The position numbers and the translations under genes were made by a program. Below are positions 24,587-33,798 of a stretch of DNA of 64,000 bases, one piece after another. This DNA comes from Betaproteobacteria bacterium (lineage in GTDB: Bacteria > Pseudomonadota > Gammaproteobacteria > Burkholderiales > SG8-39). The notes below the pieces were generated by a model, which did not search any database, was not told the origin of the DNA, and saw nothing but the letters and a program-made list of their open reading frames with translations. The number at the start of each line of letters is the position of its first letter. The first letter of the stretch is position 1. The stretch lies in contig CANJRC010000001.1 of assembly GCA_947476535.1 (NCBI GenBank), forward strand, positions 60,023 to 124,022, written 5' to 3'.

Positions 24587-26854
24587 TTACCTGACTATTT
24601 CCGCGGCCGCGCCATCGGGGCGCGCCGCGGTGATTTCACCGATCACCGCCGCCTCGCCGTATCCCGCCGCGCGCAATTGCGCGAGCGCATCCGGTACATC
24701 CTTTGCGTCGAACGCAAGCAACAGGCCCCCCGCCGTCTGCGGGTCGTAGATCAACTGCAATCGCGGATCGTCCCGCAAGCCGGGATCAACTGCCAGCGCC
24801 CGCGCCATACGCGCGTTTTCCGGATGGAAGGTACTGCGTTCGCCCCGCGCCAGCAGGGCCAGCGCACCGGGCAGCGCCGGCAATGCATCGACATGAATGC
24901 GCGCCGACACGCTGCCGCCGCCCAGCATAGACACGAGGTGCCCCGCAAGACCGAAGCCGGTGATGTCGGTGGCGGCCCTCGCCGCCCCCGCCACGCTTCG
25001 CGCGGCGCCATTGCCCCGCAACATCGAGGCCAGCGCCGCTTCGATCCATGGTCCGCGCGCCCTGCCCGCCATATCAGCGTGGAACAGCACGCCGGTGCCG
25101 AGCGCGCGCGTCAGCACCAGTTGCTGCCCTACCGCCAGCGCGCCGCGCCGCCTCGCAAGCACCGCGCCGGCGGCGCTGACACCCTGCACGCTGAACCCCA
25201 CCTCGAGGTCCATGGACTTGCTGGTATGGCCGCCCAAAAGGCGCACGCCTCGCGCATCGAACACCGCGCGCGCACCGGCCAGCACCTGGTACAACACCTC
25301 CTCGCCCTCCTCTTCGTCGGCAGCCAACGGAATGGCCACCAGCGCCTGCGCCCAGCGCGGCGTAACACCCTTGGCATCCAGGTCCGACAGCGCGTTCTCG
25401 GCCGCAATCCGGCCCACGAGATATGGGTCGTCGGTAAAGCCGCGAAAGAAATCCACCGACACCACCATCACGCTGCCGCCGGCGGCGCCTGCGTCAATCC
25501 GGTAAGCAGCCACATCGTCCGCCTCGTCCAGCCCGAGCACCACTTCCGGCGCCGCGGGCGGCGCATCGAGGCGCGCCAGCGCGCGCTCCAGCGCCGACTG
25601 GCCGAGCTTTGCGGCGCAGCCGCCGCACACGATATCCATCCCCGCCGGCATCGCAGGCAGCATGCGCACGGCCGGCCCGTCGCTGCCATCCGCCTCGAGC
25701 AACTGGAAGCCGCGCATGAACTTGCGGTCGATGCGGTCCTTCCAGCGCATCGCCCAGCGACCTTCGAAGGAAAACCCCTTCTTGACGCCGATCGCCGTTC
25801 CATCGCCCAGGTTGAGCAGCGTGAGAAAATCCGGCTGCGGCCGGTAACTTCGCAGCGCCTCGCGAAGCAGCGTGGCGCGCAGGTTATCTGCCAGATAAGG
25901 TCCCTCGCGCACCGCATACACGCCGGCCTTCGGCGTATCCGGATAGTCCACCAGCGCGGCGCAGTCGCCCACCGCGAAGAGATCGTCATGCCCGACCACC
26001 TGCAGCGTCGATCGCGTCAGCACAAAACCGCGCGCATCGGTAGGGAGTCCCGAGTCGGCGAATAGGGAGTGCGATGCCGCCCCGGTCGACCACACGAGCG
26101 CATCGCAATCCAGCACGGAGCCGTCATCCAGCGTGATGCTGTCGGCGCGCGCGCTGGCAACCTTGCGCTGCGTGACAAGCTGCACGCCGCGGCTCCCCAA
26201 CGCGCGCGCCACCCGATCGCCGATCGAGTTGCCGTAGCCGGGCAGCAATTGCGTCCCGGCATGCACCATGGTGATGTGCGCACGCACGCCCTTGGCTTTC
26301 AGGCGCGCATCGAAACAGCAGGCCAGTTCCACCCCGCCCGCGCCGCCACCGGCAATGACGAGGCGCAATGCGCGCGCCCCGCCCAGCGCCGCGGCCAACG
26401 CATCCACTTGCGCGACGCGAGCAGTGAAGCGCCCGATCGGTCGCGTCGACAAGGCGTGCTCCGAGACACCGGGCAACTCCAGTCCCATCACCGTAGACCC
26501 GATGTTGATCGACGCCACATCGTATTTCAGCGCCGACCGGCCCTCGACATGCACACACCGCGCGGCGGGGTCGATGCGCAGGGCCTTGCCGAACACCACG
26601 CGCGCGCCGGCACGGCGCGCCAGCGGCAACGGATCGATCTCGAGTTCCTCCGCGCGGTACTGGCCGGCCACATATCCCGGCACCATCCCTGAGTACACGG
26701 CAACGGGTCGGTCAATAATCAGCGTGACGCGGCAATGGGACGGGCGCTGCATCAGGAACGAGCGCAGCACCTGCACGTGGGCGTGCCCCGCCCCGATAAG
26801 GAGAAGATCGCGGACCTTGGGGGCTGGACTCCGATCAATGGCAACGGTGTTCAT
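24587..26854 (-). CDS. selD: Bifunctional FAD/NAD(P)-binding pyridine-nucleotide-disulfide oxidoreductase :: selenide,water dikinase (SelD)
   Basis: The N-terminal ~370 aa carry LLLIGAGHAH and VIAGGGAGGVE dinucleotide folds. The C-terminal ~350 aa begin with the SelD active-site-like motif VCGGCAAK (Cys413/Lys416) and have AIR-synthase-like domains. Confidence 0.8.
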   Translation of the reverse strand: MNTVAIDRSPAPKVRDLLLIGAGHAHVQVLRSFLMQRPSHCRVTLIIDRPVAVYSGMVPGYVAGQYRAEELEIDPLPLARRAGARVVFGKALRIDPAARCVHVEGRSALKYDVASINIGSTVMGLELPGVSEHALSTRPIGRFTARVAQVDALAAALGGARALRLVIAGGGAGGVELACCFDARLKAKGVRAHITMVHAGTQLLPGYGNSIGDRVARALGSRGVQLVTQRKVASARADSITLDDGSVLDCDALVWSTGAASHSLFADSGLPTDARGFVLTRSTLQVVGHDDLFAVGDCAALVDYPDTPKAGVYAVREGPYLADNLRATLLREALRSYRPQPDFLTLLNLGDGTAIGVKKGFSFEGRWAMRWKDRIDRKFMRGFQLLEADGSDGPAVRMLPAMPAGMDIVCGGCAAKLGQSALERALARLDAPPAAPEVVLGLDEADDVAAYRIDAGAAGGSVMVVSVDFFRGFTDDPYLVGRIAAENALSDLDAKGVTPRWAQALVAIPLAADEEEGEEVLYQVLAGARAVFDARGVRLLGGHTSKSMDLEVGFSVQGVSAAGAVLARRRGALAVGQQLVLTRALGTGVLFHADMAGRARGPWIEAALASMLRGNGAARSVAGAARAATDITGFGLAGHLVSMLGGGSVSARIHVDALPALPGALALLARGERSTFHPENARMARALAVDPGLRDDPRLQLIYDPQTAGGLLLAFDAKDVPDALAQLRAAGYGEAAVIGEITAARPDGAAAEIVR

Positions 26855-27123
26855 AGGTCGGCAATACTAGCGCACCCGCGCGCCGCCTCCGCCAAAACCC
26901 TTGAATTGGCGCGATTGGCCTCCGGATCGAGTATTTCCACGGCATCCGGACCAAGAACCCGCGCCTCTGCCCGCCCTCCTTGCGCGCGCATATGGCCAGC
27001 GACCAAAATAGTCGGCAACCGATCCACCGCACTGTAATAAAATCAACCCCACTGCCATGGGCGAAACAGCGGGCATCTCCGAGGTTTCATCTCCGCCCAA
27101 TCGAGGCCATTCCGGGGGAATTC

Positions 27124-27771
27124 ATGCTGTTTGCCAAACTGCTGCCGGTCGACGGCAACTTCTTCAAGCTGTTCAACCAGCACGCCGCCTACATCGAGGA
27201 GTCGGCAAAGGCCCTCTCCCTGCTGGTCGCCAACTATGACGACTTGAACCTGCGCGAGCAGTACACCAAGGCCATCGACGACGCGGAACATGCCGCCGAC
27301 CGCCTCACCCAGGAGGTCAACCGCCTCTTGCACAAGACCTTCATCACGCCGATCGACCGCGACCAGATCCACTCGCTGATCAACACCATGGACGATGTGG
27401 CGGACCTGATCCAGGACTGCGCCGAGGCCATGAGCCTGTACGGCGTGCACGAAATCACGGTGGAAGTGTCGCGCCTCACCGAATTGAGCCTGAAATGCTG
27501 CCAGCGCCTGCGCCATGCTGTGTCGCTGATTCCCGACGTCGCCAAGCCTGCAACGGCGGAGGCGGCGCTGAAAACCTGCGAGGAAATCGACCAGCTCGAG
27601 TCCGACGCTGACCGGGTCATGCGCGCGGCCATGAGCAAGCTGTTTCGCGACGAGCCGGACGTGCGCGAAGTCATCAAGCTCAAGGCGATCTACGAACTGC
27701 TGGAGACCATCACCGACAAGGTCGAGGATGTCGCCAACCTGATCGAGGGCATCGTCCTCGAGAACTCGTAA
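27124..27771 (+). CDS. DUF47 (PhoU-like, Pit accessory) protein
   Basis: MLFAKLLPVDGNFFKLF N-terminus and four-helix repeat pattern. Sits immediately upstream of the Pit transporter. Confidence 0.85.
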   Translation: MLFAKLLPVDGNFFKLFNQHAAYIEESAKALSLLVANYDDLNLREQYTKAIDDAEHAADRLTQEVNRLLHKTFITPIDRDQIHSLINTMDDVADLIQDCAEAMSLYGVHEITVEVSRLTELSLKCCQRLRHAVSLIPDVAKPATAEAALKTCEEIDQLESDADRVMRAAMSKLFRDEPDVREVIKLKAIYELLETITDKVEDVANLIEGIVLENS

Positions 27772-27780
27772 GCCAGCCGC

Positions 27781-28791
27781 ATGAGCTCGGTCCAGGTTGC
27801 GCTGTGGGTGGTGGTGCTGCTCGTCGTGGTGGCGCTGGTGTTCGATTTCATGAACGGGTTTCACGATGCCGCCAACTCCATAGCCACAGTGGTGTCGACG
27901 GGCGTGCTGCGCCCGGGCCAGGCGGTGCTGCTCGCTGCGGCCTTCAACTTCATTGCCGTGTTCATCTTTCACCTGAGCGTCGCGGCCACCGTGGGAAAGG
28001 GCATCATAGAAACCAGCGTCGTCGACACGCACGTGGTGTTCGGCGCCCTGATCGGGGCGATCGCCTGGAACCTGGTCACCTGGTACTACGGCATTCCGAG
28101 CAGTTCCTCGCATGCGCTGATCGGCGGCCTCGTGGGCGCGGCGATTGCAAAGGCCGGCGCGGGCTCGCTGGTTGCAACCGGCATCTGGCGCACCGTGGCC
28201 TTCATTTTCGTGTCCCCCTTTCTCGGCTTCCTCCTCGGCTCGCTAATGATGATCGCAGTGTCCTGGATCTGCCGCGGCATGTCGCCATCGAGGGTGGATC
28301 GCTGGTTCAGGCGCCTGCAACTGGTCTCGGCGAGCGCCTACAGCCTCGGCCATGGCGGCAATGACGCGCAAAAAACCATCGGCATCATCTGGATGCTGCT
28401 GATTGCCAGCGGCCATGCTGCGGCTGGAGACGCCTTGCCCCCCACCTGGACCATCGTCGCCTGCTACATCGCCATCGCCATGGGCACCATGTTCGGCGGC
28501 TGGCGCATCGTCAAGACCATGGGCCAGAGAATTACCCGGCTCAAGCCCGTGGGCGGTTTCTGCGCCGAGACCGGCGGTGCCATCACCTTGTTCCTGGCCA
28601 CGGCGATGGGCATTCCAGTGTCCACCACCCACACCATCACCGGTGCCATCGTCGGCGTAGGTGCGACACGTCGCGCCAGCGCCGTGCGCTGGGGGGTAGC
28701 CGGCGGCATCGTGTGGGCGTGGATCTTCACCATCCCTGCGAGCGCCTTCGTCGCCGCCGTTGCCTACGGGTTGAGCCTCGCCGTCTTCTGA
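27781..28791 (+). CDS. pit: Inorganic phosphate transporter, PiT family
   Basis: FDFMNGFHDAANSIAT and GHGGNDAQKTIG signature repeats. 336 aa. Confidence 0.9.
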   Translation: MSSVQVALWVVVLLVVVALVFDFMNGFHDAANSIATVVSTGVLRPGQAVLLAAAFNFIAVFIFHLSVAATVGKGIIETSVVDTHVVFGALIGAIAWNLVTWYYGIPSSSSHALIGGLVGAAIAKAGAGSLVATGIWRTVAFIFVSPFLGFLLGSLMMIAVSWICRGMSPSRVDRWFRRLQLVSASAYSLGHGGNDAQKTIGIIWMLLIASGHAAAGDALPPTWTIVACYIAIAMGTMFGGWRIVKTMGQRITRLKPVGGFCAETGGAITLFLATAMGIPVSTTHTITGAIVGVGATRRASAVRWGVAGGIVWAWIFTIPASAFVAAVAYGLSLAVF

Positions 28792-28806
28792 CCGCATCCT
28801 GACGTA

Positions 28807-28875
28807 CTTAGAACCGGTTGCAAAATGAAATTTTGCAACCCCCGTAGTAGGGGAGCATGAGGGGAGTATCCCCTC
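28807..28875 (-). repeat. Two-module intergenic repeat, copy B (inverted; second hairpin replaced by GGTTGCAAAAT/ATTTTGCAACC)
   Basis: The reverse complement reads GAGGGGATACTCCCCTCATGCTCCCCTACTACGGGGGTTGCAAAATTTCATTTTGCAACCGGTTCTAAG. The first module is identical to copy A. Confidence 0.8.
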
Positions 28876-28925
28876 ATATTGCAACAGACTCTTCCTGCGC
28901 CGGTTGCACCCATTAGAATCGGCAG

Positions 28926-29846
28926 ATGAAGCCCCCGCGTATTCGCATCGGCCTTATCCTCGACGACAAGGGGCGACTGAACCTGCCGTTCATCTGGGTG
29001 GCCGTCGCGCTCTCGATACTGCTGCACGCGGCCGCGCTGTTCGGCTGGAAGCTGCCGCACGATGTGCGCCAGCTGAGCGGCGCAGACGGCAGCCAGTTGA
29101 CCTCCCCATTGCGCCTGCGCGTGCTGCCGATACCCTCCGCGACACCCGCCCCCCCCGCCGTTGCGCGGAATGCACAGCCGCGATCGCGCCGACCTGCGCC
29201 TGCGCCAGCACCGGCGCAGCGCCCGCGCGCACCGGTCATCGCGCTCAACACGCCGACACCGGGCGCGCCTGCGGCACCCGTGACGCCGCCGCCCGTGCCG
29301 GCCGCGCCCGCCGCTGCTCCAATTGCCCCGCAGCCACCGGCTCCCCCCACCCCCGCGCGCCCACCCAACAACGATTTCATGGCCGCACTGGAAGCGCGAC
29401 GTCGAGCGCGCGGCAATAGCGCACCCAGCGCACCGCCCACGCAGGCTGCACTGGACGACGACAAGGCGCGCCGCGACAGCATCGTCGCATCCAACCTCGG
29501 TCAGAATCGCGCCCCCAGCTTCGGCTCCGATCCGCGCAAGCAGGGTGGCGGCGTATTCCAGATCCAGCGTGAAACCTTCGATCGAGCGGAACTAGTCTTC
29601 TATGGATGGAACAAGGAAATCGGACGCATGAGCGCACAGGCAATCGAGGTGCGCAAGGCCAACAACCCGGACATCCGCATTGCCGTGGTGCGCGCAATGA
29701 TTGCCATCATTCGCGACCAGGAAAAAGGCGATTTCATATGGGACTCGCGGCGCCTCGGGCGCTCGCTCGACCTGTCGGCCCGCCTTGAAGACAGCGCCGG
29801 ACTGGAAGATGTGTTGATGCGCGAGTTCTACGAGGTGAAGCGATAA
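28926..29846 (+). CDS. Hypothetical membrane-anchored proline-rich protein (TonB-like layout, non-TonB C-terminus)
   Basis: N-terminal TM segment (FIWVAVALSILLHAAALFGW), a ~100-aa Pro/Ala linker, and a ~110-aa C-terminal domain I do not recognise. Confidence 0.6.
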   Translation: MKPPRIRIGLILDDKGRLNLPFIWVAVALSILLHAAALFGWKLPHDVRQLSGADGSQLTSPLRLRVLPIPSATPAPPAVARNAQPRSRRPAPAPAPAQRPRAPVIALNTPTPGAPAAPVTPPPVPAAPAAAPIAPQPPAPPTPARPPNNDFMAALEARRRARGNSAPSAPPTQAALDDDKARRDSIVASNLGQNRAPSFGSDPRKQGGGVFQIQRETFDRAELVFYGWNKEIGRMSAQAIEVRKANNPDIRIAVVRAMIAIIRDQEKGDFIWDSRRLGRSLDLSARLEDSAGLEDVLMREFYEVKR

Positions 29847-29854
29847 GAAGGAGA

Positions 29855-29890
29855 GACCGCGCGGCCTGCTACGCAGGCTCGGCCGCGCTG
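29855..29890 (+). repeat. REP-like palindrome, copy 2 (GACCGCGCGGCCTGCTACGCAGGCTCGGCCGCGCTG)
   Basis: Lies 8 nt after the stop at 29846. A partial repeat of the 5' arm (GACCGCGCGGCC) occurs again at 29902-29913. Confidence 0.8.
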
Positions 29891-30126
29891 CTAACTATGG
29901 GGACCGCGCGGCCGGTCACTCGACCGCGTACACATCCACTTCGGCCTGGCGTCCCTTCACGCGCAGCGCCCAGATTGCCGAGCAGCATGGCGAGAATGAG
30001 TTTGCGTTCAACCGTACTGGCAGGAAGCCGTCGGGCGAAACGCCCGCTGCCAGCGTAAAATTGCGACTTGGGCCGCGATGCGAAGCAGACCCATGTGAAG
30101 CGGACAATGGCGAGAAGGGGAATTCC

Positions 30127-31179
30127 ATGAGCGCAGCAGCAGAAACGATCCTACGCAGTGTCCCGCAGGCACTCTCCGGCGACGTGTCCTTCACCCCTTA
30201 CAACACGGACGGCCTGCCCCTGTTCATCGAACCGCGAGCGCGCGGGCTCAAGTCCAGCGTCGATGAGACCGTGGCCTGGCTGCGCGACAACGGCGATGCG
30301 CTCAACACCCTGACGCGCGAGGCAGGCGCCATCGTGCTGCGCGGCTTTCCGCTCAAGGACACCGACGACTTCGCGCGCATGGTCGAGCACTTCCCCAGCA
30401 CCACCTACGGCTACGCGGGCGGCGCGGCGCAACGCAACAACCTCAAGGGCAAGGTGTTCGAGACCACGCACGCAGCGGCGCACACCACGCTGTGCCTGCA
30501 CCAGGAGATGTCCTACCTGCCCCACTACCCGAGCCAGCTCGCGTTTTTCTGCCAACACCCGGCGGACACGGGCGGCGAGACCTGGATCGGCGATATGCGC
30601 CGCGCCACCCGCATGCTGCCGCAGAAATTCGTGAATGCCGTACGCGAGCGTGGCGTGCTCTACACGCGCAACTGGCGCGCGCCGGGAACCAAGGCCGAGC
30701 ACATCCTCATCGAGCAGCAGCACCGCACCTGGCACGAGTCGTTCTACACGACGGACCCTGCCAAGGCCGAGGAGGCCTGCCGCGGCATGGGCGTCGAGCA
30801 TACCTGGGAGCCGGACGGCGGCCTCACCATCCGCTTTCGCGCCTCGGGCTTCATCCATCACCCGGTCACCGGTGAAGAAGTCTGGTTCAACCAGGCGCAC
30901 GGGCAAACGATGGTGCCGCGCAACATCGGCCAGGAGCGCTACGACCTCTACCAGCAGTACTACCCTCCCGGCCGCAAGCGCCCGATGAACACCACCTTCG
31001 GCGACGGCGTGCCCTTCGACCCGGCCGACATCGAGGCAGTGCTCGATGTCATGCAGGAAGTCACCGTCGCCTTCCCGTGGCGCGCCGGCGACATGATGCT
31101 GGTGGACAACATCTACACCGCGCACGGCCGCAATTCCTACACCGGCAAGCGCGACGTGCAGGTGTCGCTGGTCAAGTAG
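30127..31179 (+). CDS. TauD/TfdA family Fe(II)/2-oxoglutarate dioxygenase
   Basis: Start at MSAAAETIL (GAAGGGG upstream). HQE facial-triad segment (LCLHQEMSY), a distal His (YTAHGR) and an Arg near the C-terminus. Confidence 0.75.
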   Translation: MSAAAETILRSVPQALSGDVSFTPYNTDGLPLFIEPRARGLKSSVDETVAWLRDNGDALNTLTREAGAIVLRGFPLKDTDDFARMVEHFPSTTYGYAGGAAQRNNLKGKVFETTHAAAHTTLCLHQEMSYLPHYPSQLAFFCQHPADTGGETWIGDMRRATRMLPQKFVNAVRERGVLYTRNWRAPGTKAEHILIEQQHRTWHESFYTTDPAKAEEACRGMGVEHTWEPDGGLTIRFRASGFIHHPVTGEEVWFNQAHGQTMVPRNIGQERYDLYQQYYPPGRKRPMNTTFGDGVPFDPADIEAVLDVMQEVTVAFPWRAGDMMLVDNIYTAHGRNSYTGKRDVQVSLVK

Positions 31180-31254
31180 CCGCATTCCAGGACGCATCGC
31201 CACTGGTTGCACCGGCAACGCGTGCATTCATCCGAGCATTTGCGAAAGAACATC

Positions 31255-32871
31255 ATGAACATGCCTCATCAACGCACGGCTCCCCAGGGCGTCAGCTGGT
31301 CGCAAGCGGTGCGCCAATTCCCGAATACACCCGAGATCGCTGCCATCGTCCGAAAGCTCGGCAGCGTGCAGCACGGCGACAGCAGGATCGTTTCACCCGA
31401 ACAGGTGGCCGACATCCTCGAGCGCTTCAACGTCCCCGGCCGCGCGAGCTTTCGCTCATCGGCCCGATATCTTGCGGGCGGCTACCAGGGCGGCACCACG
31501 ATGGATTTCGTGCGGACCTACCTGGATGCCATCTGCTATCCCTGCTATCCCGTCGGTGACACGCGACGCGTCAGGATTCCATCGCTGAAAGTTCTGGCCG
31601 AGGTATATACGCCAGGTGTGGGCTTCATCTGCAATGTCATCAAGCACCTGCTGTGGGAGTCGATCGACCTGCGCCTGTTTGCAGCCGACATTGCCGACGA
31701 CAGGATGCGCCAGGCCATCCTGTTTCGCGCCAATGCGCTTTACGGCCTGGCCAAGGCCTTGTCGCACACCAACCTGATCATTCCAGTCAGCCGCTCGTCG
31801 AACCTGCCTGCCATCAAGGACAAGATCGCTGCACTCGGCAAGGCGGTCTACATCGTCACCGATGGAACCGCCATCCTGGGCTTGGGCGATATCGGCCCCC
31901 AACCCGGCGCTCCGGTCATGACCGGCAAGGCCATTCTGATTGCGGGCCTCGCGGACATTCCGGCCGTCAGCCTCGTCCTGGATGAAACCGATCCGGACAA
32001 GATCGTCGAGTTGCTCACCAAGATATTGCCCGAGCGCGGGGGCTCCATCAATCTGGAAGATCTGTCATCGCCGCACTCCTTCGAAGTCGAGCGAAAGCTA
32101 CAGAACGAGATCGCCATCCCCGTCTTCGACGACGATCAGTGGGGTACGGGCATCGTGGTCACCGCAGCGCTGATCAATGGCGCCAAGTTGATCGGCAAGC
32201 CCCTGAGCGAGCTGGCCATCCATTTTCAGGGCGCCGGCGCCGGCGCCATCGGCGTCGCGCTGATCCTGATTGCAGCAGGCGTCAATCCCGGCAAGATACA
32301 GATGGCCGACTCGAAAGGGCTCCTGTACGCCGGGCGCAAGGCCGGCATGAACGAAGAAAAAAAACATATCGCAGCCATCATCAACGCCGATGGCAGAACC
32401 GGATCCTGGGAGAACGGGCTGCGCGGCGCCGACGTCTACATCGGCCTGTCCGCCGCGGAAGCCGACAAGCGCACGCCGTTCAGACTCGAGCACATGCTCA
32501 TGATGAACGACCGCCCCGGCATCATCTCCCTGGCCAATCCCAATCCGGAAATCCTGACGACGGTGGGTGAAAACATCGCCGTGGCATTCGAGCGATTCCG
32601 CGATGGCGGTGCGGTCTTCGTCGGCACCGGCCGCTCGGACGCGCCCAACGGGGTCAACAATGTTCTCGGCTTCCCGTCGATTCACAAGGCCGGCGGCTTC
32701 CTGGCGAATGCCACCTCGTACCAGCGGTCGGACTACGTGGTCGCCGCGCGCGCCATTGCAGGCCTGCTGGGCGAGGTCACGCCGGAACGCATCATCGTCG
32801 ATCCGCTCGACTCCCGCGTGGTACCTGTCGTGTCCGAGGCGGTGGCGGCCGCCATTCGCGAACGTCAGTAG
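31255..32871 (+). CDS. Malic-enzyme family protein, divergent, with ~100-aa N-terminal extension
   Basis: VTDGTAILGLGDIG, PVMTGKAIL, INLEDLSSP, FDDDQWGTGIV, LANPNPEI and GRSDAPNGVNNVLGFP parallel the canonical malic-enzyme motifs but carry substitutions. Confidence 0.6.
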   Translation: MNMPHQRTAPQGVSWSQAVRQFPNTPEIAAIVRKLGSVQHGDSRIVSPEQVADILERFNVPGRASFRSSARYLAGGYQGGTTMDFVRTYLDAICYPCYPVGDTRRVRIPSLKVLAEVYTPGVGFICNVIKHLLWESIDLRLFAADIADDRMRQAILFRANALYGLAKALSHTNLIIPVSRSSNLPAIKDKIAALGKAVYIVTDGTAILGLGDIGPQPGAPVMTGKAILIAGLADIPAVSLVLDETDPDKIVELLTKILPERGGSINLEDLSSPHSFEVERKLQNEIAIPVFDDDQWGTGIVVTAALINGAKLIGKPLSELAIHFQGAGAGAIGVALILIAAGVNPGKIQMADSKGLLYAGRKAGMNEEKKHIAAIINADGRTGSWENGLRGADVYIGLSAAEADKRTPFRLEHMLMMNDRPGIISLANPNPEILTTVGENIAVAFERFRDGGAVFVGTGRSDAPNGVNNVLGFPSIHKAGGFLANATSYQRSDYVVAARAIAGLLGEVTPERIIVDPLDSRVVPVVSEAVAAAIRERQ

Positions 32872-32900
32872 GGATAACGGGGCAACAGCCGCCGGTCGCC

Positions 32901-33764
32901 CTAGCGCTGCGCAGTCCAGGCGCCGGTGGCACCGCCGCTGCGCTCGCCTTCCATGCGACTGCCGTGCACGCGCCCCGTGTACTGCACGCCGCCGATGCCA
33001 AAGCGGATACGGTCGCCGTCCATGCGTGCATTGGTGATGCCAGTCTTCGCACCGCTTACGGTGTAGGTGCCGAACAGCACCTGAAAGCGCTGCTCCAGCT
33101 CCAGTTCGCCTTCGGCGAGGCGCCACTTGCCGGCTACCCTGGCGGGGACGATGTAGAGCTTGATCACGCACCAAGGCTCGCAATCCGATTTCATCTCTTC
33201 CTCGTAATCGGGCTGCCAGCCGTCGATACCGAAGTAGTTCACCACGATGCGCGAACCCGGCTTCATGTCGATGAACTTCGGCGTCAGGCGGCGCAGGTTG
33301 TCGGTGAGCAGGAACAGCGCCAGCACCGAGGCCTGCGACATGTCGGCGGCGAACATGTCGCCCTGAACGAAGGAGGCGCGATCGGCCACGCCCTGGCGCG
33401 CCGCGTTGCGGTTGGACAGGCCGACGAGGTCCGGATTGAACTCCACGCCCACGGCGCGGGCGCCGCGCCGGCCCGCGGCGATGATGTTGCGCCCGTCGCC
33501 CGAGCCCAGGTCCATGACGAAGTCATCGCGCGTCACGCGGGCGATGTCGAGCATGCGCTCCACCACCGCCGGCGGCGAGGGCACCCACACCACGTCCTTG
33601 CCCATCTGCCCGGGCGTGGGCTTGTAGGTCTCCTCGGCTACGAGCGGAACCTGCGCGCAGGCCGATGACAGCACCGCCACGCCGAGCGCCAGCATGCAGC
33701 TGGCCATTCGAGTCGCACCGTACGCACGGTTCATTGTGTCAGTAAATATAACGCCATAATCCAT
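32901..33764 (-). CDS. Class I SAM-dependent methyltransferase with signal/lipoprotein-like N-terminus
   Basis: [10 protein letters not shown] motif I. N-terminal hydrophobic segment ending LSSAC. Start is at 33764 (GGGGGA upstream) or at the internal ATG 33734. Confidence 0.7.
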   Translation of the reverse strand: MDYGVIFTDTMNRAYGATRMASCMLALGVAVLSSACAQVPLVAEETYKPTPGQMGKDVVWVPSPPAVVERMLDIARVTRDDFVMDLGSGDGRNIIAAGRRGARAVGVEFNPDLVGLSNRNAARQGVADRASFVQGDMFAADMSQASVLALFLLTDNLRRLTPKFIDMKPGSRIVVNYFGIDGWQPDYEEEMKSDCEPWCVIKLYIVPARVAGKWRLAEGELELEQRFQVLFGTYTVSGAKTGITNARMDGDRIRFGIGGVQYTGRVHGSRMEGERSGGATGAWTAQR

Positions 33765-33798
33765 GGGAAATATCCCCCATTTATTTCTTGTCAGTATT

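Noticed and set aside
27032-27050. Possible Pho box (CTGTAATAAAATCAACCCC) upstream of the DUF47-pit pair.
   Set aside because: Only the first 7-bp half-site resembles CTGTCAT and the second half-site does not match. A single half-site is insufficient.
29916-30194. 92-aa minus-strand ORF in the gap before the TauD-like gene.
   Set aside because: It has no RBS and no recognisable motif, it overlaps the REP region and the TauD-like start, and its composition looks non-coding.
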